A DNA stretch of 64,000 nt from a virus (Duplodnaviria; Heunggongvirae; Uroviricota; Caudoviricetes). Each line of letters starts with the position of its first letter. Positions within the stretch are counted from its first letter, which is position 1. This document shows positions 39,050 to 48,783 of this stretch, piece after piece. A program made the translations under genes and the position numbers. The notes below the pieces were generated by a model. The model made no database searches. It saw only the letters and a program-made list of their open reading frames with translations, and had not been told where the DNA came from. The DNA lies in the IMG/VR virus record IMGVR_UViG_3300027365_000008; one strand, 5' to 3'.

Positions 39050-39732
39050 AACGTAAAATCGGCGTATACGGGTCGAAGACTCGGAAGATGCAGCGCAGCT
39101 TGACGCGGGAGGCATTCGCTCTCACGTTCAAGTGTGCCAACGTCTATCGGTATCTGGGGAGTGACGAAAGCGCCACACCTAGCATCGATGACATCCAAAC
39201 CACCACATTCTTCGAAGTGCCCGATAGGGTATATGATCAGAACACGGTAGAGATAAATATCTATTTCGAAGCTATGAACGAAAGCCAAATGGACTTTAGT
39301 CGCTTTGGCATGATCAGTCCACTCGGTAACGAACAGACCATCCGGGTTCATCTGGACGACATGAAGTGTCTTGGACGCTGGTTGGTGGTTGGTGATGTGA
39401 TTGAAATCCCATTCTTCGAACGCGATGGTAAGAAAGCCTTCTGGGAAGTCACAGATGTGGATGACAAACCTTCCTATGAGAAGTTCTATGTCACCGTGTC
39501 CATCGCCACACTGGGCGACAAGCGTGAGACGAAGGACATTCCGTTCGAACGGTCTACCATTGAGATCGACCAAGCCCTTATGGGACAACAGGATGCGGAC
39601 TGGGAAGCTGAAGTGCCCTATGAAGGTATTGACACCCCGGCCCAACCGGAACCTGATCCTAAGCCCGTGAGCAATCGTCGTCCGAAACAAGGATCATTCC
39701 TTGACGACCCTACTAAAACATTCGAGGACTAA
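39046..39732 (+). CDS. hypothetical protein (possibly structural)
   Basis: ORF; overlapping stop/start. Confidence 0.4.
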   Translation: MKRKIGVYGSKTRKMQRSLTREAFALTFKCANVYRYLGSDESATPSIDDIQTTTFFEVPDRVYDQNTVEINIYFEAMNESQMDFSRFGMISPLGNEQTIRVHLDDMKCLGRWLVVGDVIEIPFFERDGKKAFWEVTDVDDKPSYEKFYVTVSIATLGDKRETKDIPFERSTIEIDQALMGQQDADWEAEVPYEGIDTPAQPEPDPKPVSNRRPKQGSFLDDPTKTFED

Positions 39733-40466
39733 TGCATATGACATTTGAAGACTTCAAAGACGAAATTATCGTCTCGCTGGGCGGCAATCTGGTAGATGTG
39801 GAATTGGAAGACCGGGACATTAAGGTGGCTTTCAATCGTGCCAAGCGCACATACAAACAACGGGGACCGGATAACGCTCGTCGTCGGTTCCTCAAGCTAC
39901 CGGTCAAGAAGGCCATTCGGGAATATAGCCTTCCATCTGAGATCGATACCGTGATTCGAATCATCCAGCCTTCATTCGGATGGGATATCGAATCCACTGA
40001 CGCATTTGCATTGCAAGCATTCAATGATCTGTTCATGAATGATGGTAAGGTGGGGTCCGGTGACTATCTCACCTATGAACTAGAATTGCAACTGGACGAA
40101 ACGTACCGTCGATATGCCAACTTCGAAATCCAATTCGATTACGACAAGTATACCCACAAGTTGCGTCCACTCCATGCACCGCGCAGCGACAACATGAACT
40201 GGATCATCGAGTGCTATGCCTCTTTGTGTGACGAAGAATACATGGAGATGTGGTGGATTCTGGAATGGTCTATCGCGGAAGCCAAGGAAATTCTCGGCAT
40301 GGCGTATCGGAAATTCAGTTCTCTTCCGGGGCCAGATGGCGGGAGTGTGTCTTTGAATGGGGAAGGGATGATTCAGGAAGCGGCACAAGCGAAGCAAGGT
40401 CTGTTAGAAGCCATCACCAACCTCGAATCGGGGGATGTTGACTACTATGAAATCACCATGGGGTGA
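39732..40466 (+). CDS. hypothetical protein (possibly structural)
   Basis: ORF. Confidence 0.4.
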   Translation: MHMTFEDFKDEIIVSLGGNLVDVELEDRDIKVAFNRAKRTYKQRGPDNARRRFLKLPVKKAIREYSLPSEIDTVIRIIQPSFGWDIESTDAFALQAFNDLFMNDGKVGSGDYLTYELELQLDETYRRYANFEIQFDYDKYTHKLRPLHAPRSDNMNWIIECYASLCDEEYMEMWWILEWSIAEAKEILGMAYRKFSSLPGPDGGSVSLNGEGMIQEAAQAKQGLLEAITNLESGDVDYYEITMG

Positions 40467-40841
40467 TTAGACGTTCTTCATGACTCGAAGCAATGACGCC
40501 ATCTCGATAATCAAATCGAGATGGCGTTTTTGTAAGATGTATCTGTAATTCTTTCTACCTGCGAAGTTGCTACTGTAGAACTGAAGAAATACCGGTTCGT
40601 AATTGTTAACGAACCCGCCCAATGCCATTGATCCTTTCCCTGACGAACTCAAAAAGAAAGCCACGTCCACGGCTTCATTTAGCGTGTCGCCGTAGAACTC
40701 GATCAAGTCTGCCATGCGCCGTAGAGCAATGAAGCGCGGGGATTCGTCAAGGCTCGAATCGACAATATCTTGCTCTAGGTCAAGAAGGGCTTGTTCTATT
40801 ATGGCATCTTCCTCTAAACGATCACCAACGCATTGAGTCAT
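40467..40841 (-). CDS. hypothetical protein
   Basis: ORF. Confidence 0.4.
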   Translation of the reverse strand: MTQCVGDRLEEDAIIEQALLDLEQDIVDSSLDESPRFIALRRMADLIEFYGDTLNEAVDVAFFLSSSGKGSMALGGFVNNYEPVFLQFYSSNFAGRKNYRYILQKRHLDLIIEMASLLRVMKNV

Positions 40842-40870
40842 TCACGTCCCACCAATAACATCTCCTTGCA

Positions 40871-41236
40871 TTATAGATCAACCCACTTTAACGAGTCAAG
40901 CAACGTTTGTTTCATATCATTATTTAGACGATGTGGTTTGAACTTATCTTCATCCATTCCATGACAAAGAACAAGTTCATCATTACGATCCAATAGTAAT
41001 TCCAAGAAAAGCAAATCGGACGAACTGATGTAGAAGTGCAATACCAGAGCCGCCGTTTTAAAATGCTTCGAGAATCGCAATTTGAGATAGCAGGTTCTCC
41101 TGTTTTTACCGAAAACTTTTGTTGGGTCTATGGACAGAACTTTAACAACCCGCTGATCTACAATGCCCTGAATCATTCTATCCATAAGACGATTCACGAA
41201 CTCATCATTTGTTCCGATAGAAGACATGATTGCCAA
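40871..41236 (-). CDS. hypothetical protein
   Basis: ORF. Confidence 0.4.
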   Translation of the reverse strand: MAIMSSIGTNDEFVNRLMDRMIQGIVDQRVVKVLSIDPTKVFGKNRRTCYLKLRFSKHFKTAALVLHFYISSSDLLFLELLLDRNDELVLCHGMDEDKFKPHRLNNDMKQTLLDSLKWVDL

Positions 41237-41600
41237 TCCTCCCTACTTCTGCCAGTAGATTGTAGTTCCAATTTGGTTTGATAGACGACGCATGGTAGTA
41301 CAGTGCGTTGTTCAAGTAAGGTTCATCGCCACTGTAGTAGACCATGGTGGCCAATTGTTTTGCAATCTCTTTTGAATCATTATCCCTCATCTTTCTATTT
41401 GTAATCTGATCGATGAAAGAGAACTGTTTGGGCTGATCCCTGACCTGACAGAAAGTGTCGGGGAACTGGTCACTCAGAACCCGATTTCGGGCCACCAGCA
41501 TAACAGCAAGCATCCCCCCGACACCTTCCCCGCGTGCTTCGAAGTAAGCGATCTCCTGAAGGCAGTGAATCTGGGCCGCCACAATTAGTGAAGTGATCAT
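41205..41600 (-). CDS. SleB/CwlJ-family cell-wall hydrolase (candidate endolysin)
   Basis: EIAYFEARGEGVGGMLAVMLVARNR, the hallmark of the Hydrolase_2 (SleB) family. Confidence 0.7.
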   Translation of the reverse strand: MITSLIVAAQIHCLQEIAYFEARGEGVGGMLAVMLVARNRVLSDQFPDTFCQVRDQPKQFSFIDQITNRKMRDNDSKEIAKQLATMVYYSGDEPYLNNALYYHASSIKPNWNYNLLAEVGRIGNHVFYRNK

Positions 41601-41821
41601 AGTTGATAAATCCCAATCAAATCTTTGACTTCTTTGTATTCTGAACGATATATCGGATTATGTTTTTTGAGGCGATGTTTTTCAATAAGCACAATCCCTA
41701 AGTAACGCCTCCTTTCCATGGTCGGGGCTGGGGCATTATCACATCCCACATACAATTCATTCTGTTTCAATAGTACATAATGATACTCCCCCTGAACTAT
41801 ATGTACTGTATCAACCTCGTT

Positions 41822-42025
41822 TCAAACCAGATACATCTTACTCGAATCGGAAAAGATCACTGCGGGGGTTTCGAGGATGTATTGTAGATTTTTCTTTATT
41901 TCGAATGATCCTGCTACTATTACTGCCAACTGACACAGCAACCAAATAGAAACCGGAACTCCAATTCCGACGAAGAACACTCCAATCGTTGCCATTGTAT
42001 ATCTCCTATAATTTGGTAAATCCAA
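41822..42025 (-). CDS. small membrane protein (holin/antiholin candidate)
   Basis: Two TM helices; lies upstream of the lysin. Confidence 0.4.
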   Translation of the reverse strand: MDLPNYRRYTMATIGVFFVGIGVPVSIWLLCQLAVIVAGSFEIKKNLQYILETPAVIFSDSSKMYLV

Positions 42026-42404
42026 CCATATCCATCATGACTTTGTATTCTTTTCTGCACAAGATGTTGTAAGGGCTAACCTTGTTATCTTGGCAGCGAA
42101 GTGAGGGTTGAATCCAAAGCGTGATAGGATTAGATTCTTTCCCTTTGCCAACATAATACCCGATTTTGCTTTTCATCAAGCATGAATAATACTCCGTCTC
42201 CCCCTTACAGAACCGTTCATACTCCTTTCGATTATAGATAATGACGGAGTGATCGAGAGGAACCCCGGCAATGATCTCTGGATCATCAATAATCGATCTC
42301 ATACAGATTTTCGCCTTGATCGATTCGCCAAGTTTGGCACCGATAAGAAAGAGAAGCCACGTCGATGTCAGGCAGACAACCGAAAATGAAAATATAGTCA
42401 TCAC
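42006..42404 (-). CDS. membrane-anchored protein (lysis accessory candidate)
   Basis: N-terminal TM helix. Confidence 0.4.
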   Translation of the reverse strand: MMTIFSFSVVCLTSTWLLFLIGAKLGESIKAKICMRSIIDDPEIIAGVPLDHSVIIYNRKEYERFCKGETEYYSCLMKSKIGYYVGKGKESNPITLWIQPSLRCQDNKVSPYNILCRKEYKVMMDMVGFTKL

Positions 42405-43039
42405 AGCATGAGCATCCGGTATTGAAGGTCATGGATTTCAATCAACTTATCGTACTGTTTACGATTGAAATGATTCCTCTTGATGACTCGCTGCGGACAC
42501 TTCCCTCCTTTATATTTTCTCGGGTGGTCAATCAAAAACACTCGGCGAGTGCGGTCCTTACAGTCGCACAGGTCTACCACAACATGGGTCAATGCCCAAT
42601 CGAACGTCATGAACTCATTAGTGGAGAGCCAGTTTGACTCTTTCATGGCTAACGCCAGCCCAAACAAAATGCTATTGTCCGACCAAGATACTGGGGCGTT
42701 TGTGACCAGTAGAAAAGCCTCTTCGGTCTGGTGGATCGTCCCACTACCTGCCCGACCTAGCACCATAGAAGAGTCCATGTGTCGTACCGCATCATTAAAC
42801 AACAGTGCGTTATGAACCTTCCGAATGAAGACCGCAATATCATAGCAAGAACCAAATAGGAGTCCAACCGCTAGACTCCAACCAATCGATACATCCCATA
42901 CGAAAAACCACAACAAGGAAACACACGCCCCGTATGACCAGAACAACAACGATTTAATTGGATTGTGTGACCCGCCATCGATTATCCATCCGGTCATGGC
43001 TCTCATCGACTTTGCAAGAGGTTTCATAAGTCTCCCCAA
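42401..43039 (-). CDS. membrane protein
   Basis: Multiple N-terminal TM helices. Confidence 0.4.
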   Translation of the reverse strand: MGRLMKPLAKSMRAMTGWIIDGGSHNPIKSLLFWSYGACVSLLWFFVWDVSIGWSLAVGLLFGSCYDIAVFIRKVHNALLFNDAVRHMDSSMVLGRAGSGTIHQTEEAFLLVTNAPVSWSDNSILFGLALAMKESNWLSTNEFMTFDWALTHVVVDLCDCKDRTRRVFLIDHPRKYKGGKCPQRVIKRNHFNRKQYDKLIEIHDLQYRMLML

Positions 43040-43099
43040 TGCTAGTATGTCATATATGAGAAAACGCCCCAGAGACGATTCTGAGGCGTTCTGAGGGCA

Positions 43100-44137
43100 T
43101 TACAGGGTGTAGAGGTCAGCCAGTTCACTCACCCCACACTCGTACATGCTGTTTGCAGCACGCCTCACATATTGCCGTGACTCAGGCAAGATATCAGGAA
43201 GCAAAGAAAGGATCGAATCTTCGTCCACATAAACATGGGGATTCTCGGCGATATGCTTCCCTGCGAACGTCAACAGTGGCATCCGGCGCTCAACGAGCGG
43301 TCGTTTATCGATACCAATGCGAAGTTTCGACAGGCTATCAAGCATGTCAACCGCATAGAACATCTCACCGGCTTTCTCTTGAACGACGAACCCTTCAACA
43401 ATGAACCCATCGTGATATGCCGTTGGTTCGCCATCGAAAAACTCGAATACCGTTCTGGCGAACTCAATCATATCGCTACGCATAGCGGCATGGCTATGAA
43501 CAGTTCCGTTTTCGAAACGAATCTGAACGACCGGCTCGCCATGAGAATGAGAAGCAAACAAAAACGCCCGTGTCCCTCCTACCACTTCATCAAAGAACCA
43601 TTCCTTCGACTGGGTTGACGCGGGGAATGTTTTATGCTCCGTGCTAGGAGACATCCCTTGCAGGCTGAGACGATTTTTGAAATACTCGGGCCACAGAGTT
43701 TTCACCTCTTCGTCTGTCAGTCCCGTGTCAAACCCATGGGTGATGATGTCAGTGACAAACTGAATCATGTCATACTTATCAGACATGTGCAGTAAAAGCG
43801 CGGTCGAGTGAAGTGTGTGGAAGAACTCATGGATATTGCTCGGATTGCGAGCAAGCACCGCGAAGACCATGAAGAGATCGTCTTCCGTGATGTCGGTAGA
43901 ACGCTCCAACGTCTGGGTAAGTTGTTCATACCGTTCCCGGTCACCATCACTGATTTCGATATTGTCAAGATCAGGAAGGTCATCAAAAAACATATTCACT
44001 TGCGGGGAGTGAAAGACATTGACAAGCCCACGGAACATGTAATCGTCTTGGTATTGCTCTTTAACAAACGCAATCCTGTCTTCAGAGGATTGGATTGCTC
44101 GCAACTCATTGAACACGTCAAGGTAACTGTTTGCCAT
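43100..44137 (-). CDS. hypothetical protein
   Basis: 345-aa ORF; no motif recognised. Confidence 0.45.
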   Translation of the reverse strand: MANSYLDVFNELRAIQSSEDRIAFVKEQYQDDYMFRGLVNVFHSPQVNMFFDDLPDLDNIEISDGDRERYEQLTQTLERSTDITEDDLFMVFAVLARNPSNIHEFFHTLHSTALLLHMSDKYDMIQFVTDIITHGFDTGLTDEEVKTLWPEYFKNRLSLQGMSPSTEHKTFPASTQSKEWFFDEVVGGTRAFLFASHSHGEPVVQIRFENGTVHSHAAMRSDMIEFARTVFEFFDGEPTAYHDGFIVEGFVVQEKAGEMFYAVDMLDSLSKLRIGIDKRPLVERRMPLLTFAGKHIAENPHVYVDEDSILSLLPDILPESRQYVRRAANSMYECGVSELADLYTL

Positions 44138-44240
44138 CGGTCTTTCCTTATACTTCCTGCGTGAATGTCAGAATCATGGTACCCGATGGCATTAAGGGTG
44201 TCAACCAATAAGAAAAGCCGGGGATATCCCCGGCTACCGA

Positions 44241-45128
44241 TCATTTGAATCCAAATAGACTACGCTTCACTTCGTTTTTTCTCGATTGGATATCGAATCC
44301 CATACCCTTGAGGTAGTTGTTAATCGTCTTGTTGGCTTTCTCCCATTGTTTGTCGTAATCGATAATGATGTCATCCATGAAATCGGGAAGTGTCATGGCG
44401 TCAACCGGATATGCGATGTACTTGGACTTCGGATGCTTGATGTACACCACACCGACCTTATCACCGGGCATGATCTGACGATCTGTTTCAGAACACATTG
44501 AATTGTAAAACATCGAGGCGCGAACCGTATAATGAAATCCATGTTGGCTCCCGGTTTGCTCAAAGATGTCAAGACACTTCTTCAGAGTGTTGCACCCTGA
44601 CGGTGATGCAATCTCCTTCAAAGGCGCTTGCTTATATTCCTGTTTGAACTGCTTCACCATGCGACTCAATTGGGCAGCATCCTTCCCGTCGATAATCGCT
44701 TCCACCACTTCAGTCAGGAATTGCTTCAGGAGAACCGGGGTGTTGCTCTTCCTGATCTCAAGCCCCATCAGCTTCAACGAGTCGGTCGGCTTCCCTTCCT
44801 TGTTGACCACATGAGCAGCGTACCGCTTCTTGGTCAGGAAGAACGACTTATCCGATATGATCTCTCGATCTGTCTGAATAACGTCCTTGCGGTCCTCGGG
44901 GACATTGAAGGCATCCATGATGAACTCGGGGAAAAGAGAATTGACATGCTGACCAATCTCATCCGCGATTTCACAGACCTCATTCACATCAGCATCCGCG
45001 TCGAAGAACGGGAGTTTCATGTAACACGAGTCCGTGTCCCCGGCAATCCCCATGTCAGCATGATAGCTTCGATAAACGAATTTATCCCCCTCTTTGAAAA
45101 GGGCTGGAAATTCAATCTTATTGCTCAA
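44241..45128 (-). CDS. family-B DNA polymerase, C-terminal cistron (gp43B-like: palm motif C plus thumb)
   Basis: IAGDTDSCYM (motif C) and KKRYAAHV (KKRY). TTG start preceded by AGGAG with a 6-nt spacer; overlaps the 43A stop by 11 nt. Confidence 0.75.
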   Translation of the reverse strand: MSNKIEFPALFKEGDKFVYRSYHADMGIAGDTDSCYMKLPFFDADADVNEVCEIADEIGQHVNSLFPEFIMDAFNVPEDRKDVIQTDREIISDKSFFLTKKRYAAHVVNKEGKPTDSLKLMGLEIRKSNTPVLLKQFLTEVVEAIIDGKDAAQLSRMVKQFKQEYKQAPLKEIASPSGCNTLKKCLDIFEQTGSQHGFHYTVRASMFYNSMCSETDRQIMPGDKVGVVYIKHPKSKYIAYPVDAMTLPDFMDDIIIDYDKQWEKANKTINNYLKGMGFDIQSRKNEVKRSLFGFK

Positions 45129-46893
45129 GACATTCTCCTGCTTCTTTAATTGTATCGTTAACCATCTTCATCTGTGCTTTCGAAATGATCTGTCCAGTCA
45201 ACGTGATTGACTTACCGAGATCGATGTCAAAGAATCGGAAGTGGTTATTGGTGATGGCACCATAGGCGCTGTTGATGACGATCTTGCTTGCCATCTGGTA
45301 GAGGTCGTACAGGGCTTCTTTTTCCTTGTCTCCAGCCTTAGCGGCTTCCTTCATCATTACTTTGTAATGCTTTCGAGTCTCGAAACCATTGCGAATGACT
45401 CGTGACACGAACCCATCTTTTCCGGTGAAGATGCATCCGTTGGCAGAGATACAGTACCCCTGTTCACGAATGAACTCCATCGCTTCCTTGCCGGTGAAGT
45501 GGAAGTCTTCGCCCTTCAGGTGGCGATAATCCACATGTTGTCCGACCGCTTGCAATACCACTTCATCCTCGCTTTCGGTTACGATCTTGATGTAATCCTG
45601 AAAGCGATTCTTGGCTTGGAAGATGTAGGTTTCTGGACTGATACCAAGCATCATCATCACGGACGGATACAGACTGGTCAAGTCATACGATGCCATCCAT
45701 TCGTGTCGCCCGGTCATCGTCTCATAGACGTAACCCCCTTCCAAGGTTTCCTTGTCATGGTCCTTCTTGTCAGGCACCACCACTAGCTGATTGGGATCAT
45801 GAGTATGGCAATAGTTGACCACCAGTGATTCAATCATCTTTACGGTACCCAGAACGTCAGGGAACCGAATTGTAGCTTTGCGTCCCAACTGAATCAGAAG
45901 TTCGATGATGCGCTTCTTGTCATTCAGCTTCTTGAGCAATCGGGCATCCTGAAGGCTGTATTCAAAGAATGTCTGCGGGTCATTCCGATAGAGTTCACCG
46001 AGGTTATCATCATAATCGGTTTTCTTCTCGCCCAGTTCTTCCTCGGCAATAGCATTCAGGGCATAGGACCGCTTGACTTCATACGTGAACTTCTTATAGA
46101 TGTCCAGCATGTCGAGGTGAAGGCGTCCGACGAGTTCCCATTTGGTGAAGTCATTTCCAAAAGCATCGACCTTCTCAGACGACTTTGCCAAGAAATCATC
46201 ACGACAGAGTAGCGAGGGTGCCGATGCTCCGAAGTGTTTAGTAGCCCGCGCCATGATGTAGGGAATATCGAACTTATCCCCGTTCCAAGCGGTTAGAATA
46301 TCGATATCCTTGATGACATCGGCAAAGCACAATAGAAGATCACGCTCATTGCGCGTGCGATGGATTATGACAGGATATTCGCCATCCGGGTCTTTCAGAG
46401 TGACTTTGTTGAGTTCCGGGGTATCAAACATCAACATATGATATTCGCCTTTAGCGGTATCAAACAGGCTGATGGCGTTGATCTCCCCAAAAGGATTCTC
46501 GGGTCTTGGATAACCTAGTCCGTCCTTCAGGTTGAAATCGACCTCAATATCAAAGAATCCGATGTGAACCGGAACTTCCGTATCAGTGGAATGGTAGGTA
46601 TCAGAAAGATGTTTGTATTCGGGAGCGATGTCCGATTCAAACAGATCGTTGCGATGACTTTTGAAGTCTTTGAACTCCTTGAAGGACTCGAAATCGACTC
46701 GCTTCACCGGGTCACCGAAGATACTGACGGCTTCCGGGGTGGCGGACTTCATGTAGCAGTAATAGGGGGCCGGAACCACATTCGTAAAGAGTTCACCATT
46801 ACGATCTCGTTCCCAGCACCAAACTTCGTCTCGAATACGAGTTGCGTCAATGTACATCAAATCTCCTTCATTCAGATAGAAAAGGGAGGACAC
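45118..46893 (-). CDS. family-B DNA polymerase, N-terminal cistron (gp43A-like: 3'-5' exonuclease plus motifs A and B)
   Basis: Exo I FFDIEV; Exo II WNGDKFDIPY; motif A YDLTSLYPS; motif B KIVINSAYG. Confidence 0.85.
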   Translation of the reverse strand: MSSLFYLNEGDLMYIDATRIRDEVWCWERDRNGELFTNVVPAPYYCYMKSATPEAVSIFGDPVKRVDFESFKEFKDFKSHRNDLFESDIAPEYKHLSDTYHSTDTEVPVHIGFFDIEVDFNLKDGLGYPRPENPFGEINAISLFDTAKGEYHMLMFDTPELNKVTLKDPDGEYPVIIHRTRNERDLLLCFADVIKDIDILTAWNGDKFDIPYIMARATKHFGASAPSLLCRDDFLAKSSEKVDAFGNDFTKWELVGRLHLDMLDIYKKFTYEVKRSYALNAIAEEELGEKKTDYDDNLGELYRNDPQTFFEYSLQDARLLKKLNDKKRIIELLIQLGRKATIRFPDVLGTVKMIESLVVNYCHTHDPNQLVVVPDKKDHDKETLEGGYVYETMTGRHEWMASYDLTSLYPSVMMMLGISPETYIFQAKNRFQDYIKIVTESEDEVVLQAVGQHVDYRHLKGEDFHFTGKEAMEFIREQGYCISANGCIFTGKDGFVSRVIRNGFETRKHYKVMMKEAAKAGDKEKEALYDLYQMASKIVINSAYGAITNNHFRFFDIDLGKSITLTGQIISKAQMKMVNDTIKEAGECLEQ

Positions 46894-46930
46894 TTGTCCT
46901 CCCCCATATTACCACTTAACTATTCAGCTT

Positions 46931-47221
46931 TCACTCTTCCGGGCGCTGACCTTTCGCATTGCGAGCGGCGGTTAGCAGTTCTTCATTGAACTCGATGATT
47001 GATTCGTTCTTCTCATAGGTCTTGGTAGCAGTCTGATTGAAACGCTCCTTGACCAGTGCATTGAATTGAGAAGACTTCAGCTTCAGTTCCTCTTTGGCCC
47101 GTTCGGCAACGTCCTTACGAAACTGCTTCTCGGAATCTTCACGGATCAGGCTGTCCACGGCTTCCTCGATCATGTCGTTCAGCTTGACGAGTTCGGGCTG
47201 GGTATACTGGAAATCGCTCAT
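46931..47221 (-). CDS. hypothetical small acidic protein
   Basis: ORF. Confidence 0.4.
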   Translation of the reverse strand: MSDFQYTQPELVKLNDMIEEAVDSLIREDSEKQFRKDVAERAKEELKLKSSQFNALVKERFNQTATKTYEKNESIIEFNEELLTAARNAKGQRPEE

Positions 47222-47264
47222 GTGTTTCTCCTTTTGAATGTTTCAACTAAAGTTGGTGTATCGA

Positions 47265-47567
47265 TTACTTACGATTGGTTGACGGATGGAGTTCGAGTTC
47301 ATCGACCAGTTTGGCCAGTCGGTTCACGTTATCAAAGATGTAATGATTCGGAAACCAGCGGAAACCATAGGTTTCGATAGTGTTGATTTCGTTTGCGATT
47401 TCAATCTGAAGTTCTTTAGTTTCCATAGTGGTGCGCAGGTTACGCATCCGCGCCCGAGTCTTGCGATATAGCCCCTCGATGGCTGGGACACGACGCGGCT
47501 TGTCATTCTGCTTATGGGACTGCTTATTGCGCTGCTGAGACTTTGCAAGATTCTTGAAGTATGCCAT
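47265..47567 (-). CDS. hypothetical basic protein
   Basis: ORF. Confidence 0.4.
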   Translation of the reverse strand: MAYFKNLAKSQQRNKQSHKQNDKPRRVPAIEGLYRKTRARMRNLRTTMETKELQIEIANEINTIETYGFRWFPNHYIFDNVNRLAKLVDELELHPSTNRK

Positions 47568-47583
47568 GGGTCTTGTTTCCTAT

Positions 47584-48069
47584 TCACATATCTTTGGTAA
47601 ACATACGATTGAGTTGCTTCTTACTACGGGTTGTCTTTGTTCGTTTGGATTTAGTCTTTTTCGGAGACTCGTCTAACTCATGGTTTACTTCCTTTGCCGC
47701 TTTCGTCTTATTCTCATTTTCCAATTTATCATCGTTCGAGTCAACACTTTTCTTTGCTAATGCATCGTCATTTACTAATTCATTGGAAAACATGATTCGT
47801 TTATCAAACTGATAACATCTAAGTTGAATGTCATCTGGATCATAATCGAACTTCTTGGTTTTCGACCCGTTGACTTTCAAAAGAATTTTCGAATCGTCAA
47901 ATCCTACTATCTCACCCGGATTGGTAGCAGTTGACGGATCAGACAACCCAATGGTCACTTTGAATCCAATCATCCACTCGGCCATATTCTCGGGCCTGAG
48001 TGAGACACAAGGGACCACTGTGTAGCCCCTATCGTTGATCGGATAGCGAGTCAGATCAAGCGTATCCAC
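47584..48069 (-). CDS. hypothetical protein with a lysine-rich C-terminus
   Basis: ORF. Confidence 0.4.
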   Translation of the reverse strand: MDTLDLTRYPINDRGYTVVPCVSLRPENMAEWMIGFKVTIGLSDPSTATNPGEIVGFDDSKILLKVNGSKTKKFDYDPDDIQLRCYQFDKRIMFSNELVNDDALAKKSVDSNDDKLENENKTKAAKEVNHELDESPKKTKSKRTKTTRSKKQLNRMFTKDM

Positions 48070-48072
48070 TCA

Positions 48073-48783
48073 TTAACCCCCGCTGTAGGACGAAGAACGG
48101 GCTACACTGGAAGTCCCACGGAAAGGATTCGAACGTGTCGTTACCTTACCCGTCGAACTTGATACATTGATACGCGAAGCCGTCTTGTTGGATTTGAAAG
48201 CACCAATTGCCCTAGAATTGGAAGAGAAATACGTGCTGTTGCCATAGGACTTCCGCTTCTTTCGATTATCGGTGTAGTACATCTGTTTATATCGGTCGCG
48301 GGTATGGCTGTTGCCGGTTACATAGCCAGCGAGTGCCCCAATGCCCCCGGCCAGAAGCATGGATGTCATGATGTCATTTGACATGTCCTCATGCCGCTGT
48401 TCGCCAGCAGAATCCCGATACACTACCCTCGTCTTACAATCAGAATCAATGATCTTCACATCCACGATGTTAGGATTCTGTTGCATGAGATCATTGCGCA
48501 TCTTATCGAGATCGATGCCCAGACGTGCAAACATGGCATCGCTGGCAGTTTCGATGAAATACCCAGCCTTTTCATACATGAAGGCCAGCGCATTGTCCAT
48601 TGCGGCAGAATAATCGTCCACTTCTTCCGCATCAAATTCTGCGATTTTCAGTGGCGACTCGGATAGGAAGTTAGGAACCAAAACTTCCAACTCGTTCCGA
48701 TTGTGTTGATAGATACCCCATGACAGGGTATCTTCAAACATGTTTTCGAGTGAAAGCTGATACGGAACTTCTTTGATCTTCAC
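48073..48783 (-). CDS. hypothetical protein with one TM helix and an S/T-rich tail
   Basis: IMTSMLLAGGIGALAGYVT helix. Confidence 0.4.
   Translation of the reverse strand: MKIKEVPYQLSLENMFEDTLSWGIYQHNRNELEVLVPNFLSESPLKIAEFDAEEVDDYSAAMDNALAFMYEKAGYFIETASDAMFARLGIDLDKMRNDLMQQNPNIVDVKIIDSDCKTRVVYRDSAGEQRHEDMSNDIMTSMLLAGGIGALAGYVTGNSHTRDRYKQMYYTDNRKKRKSYGNSTYFSSNSRAIGAFKSNKTASRINVSSSTGKVTTRSNPFRGTSSVARSSSYSGG

Noticed and set aside
45118-45135. The split polymerase as a programmed ribosomal frameshift
   Set aside because: There is no slippery heptamer at the junction. A TTG start with a well-spaced AGGAG is present instead, so two coupled cistrons (or a sequencing frameshift) is more parsimonious.
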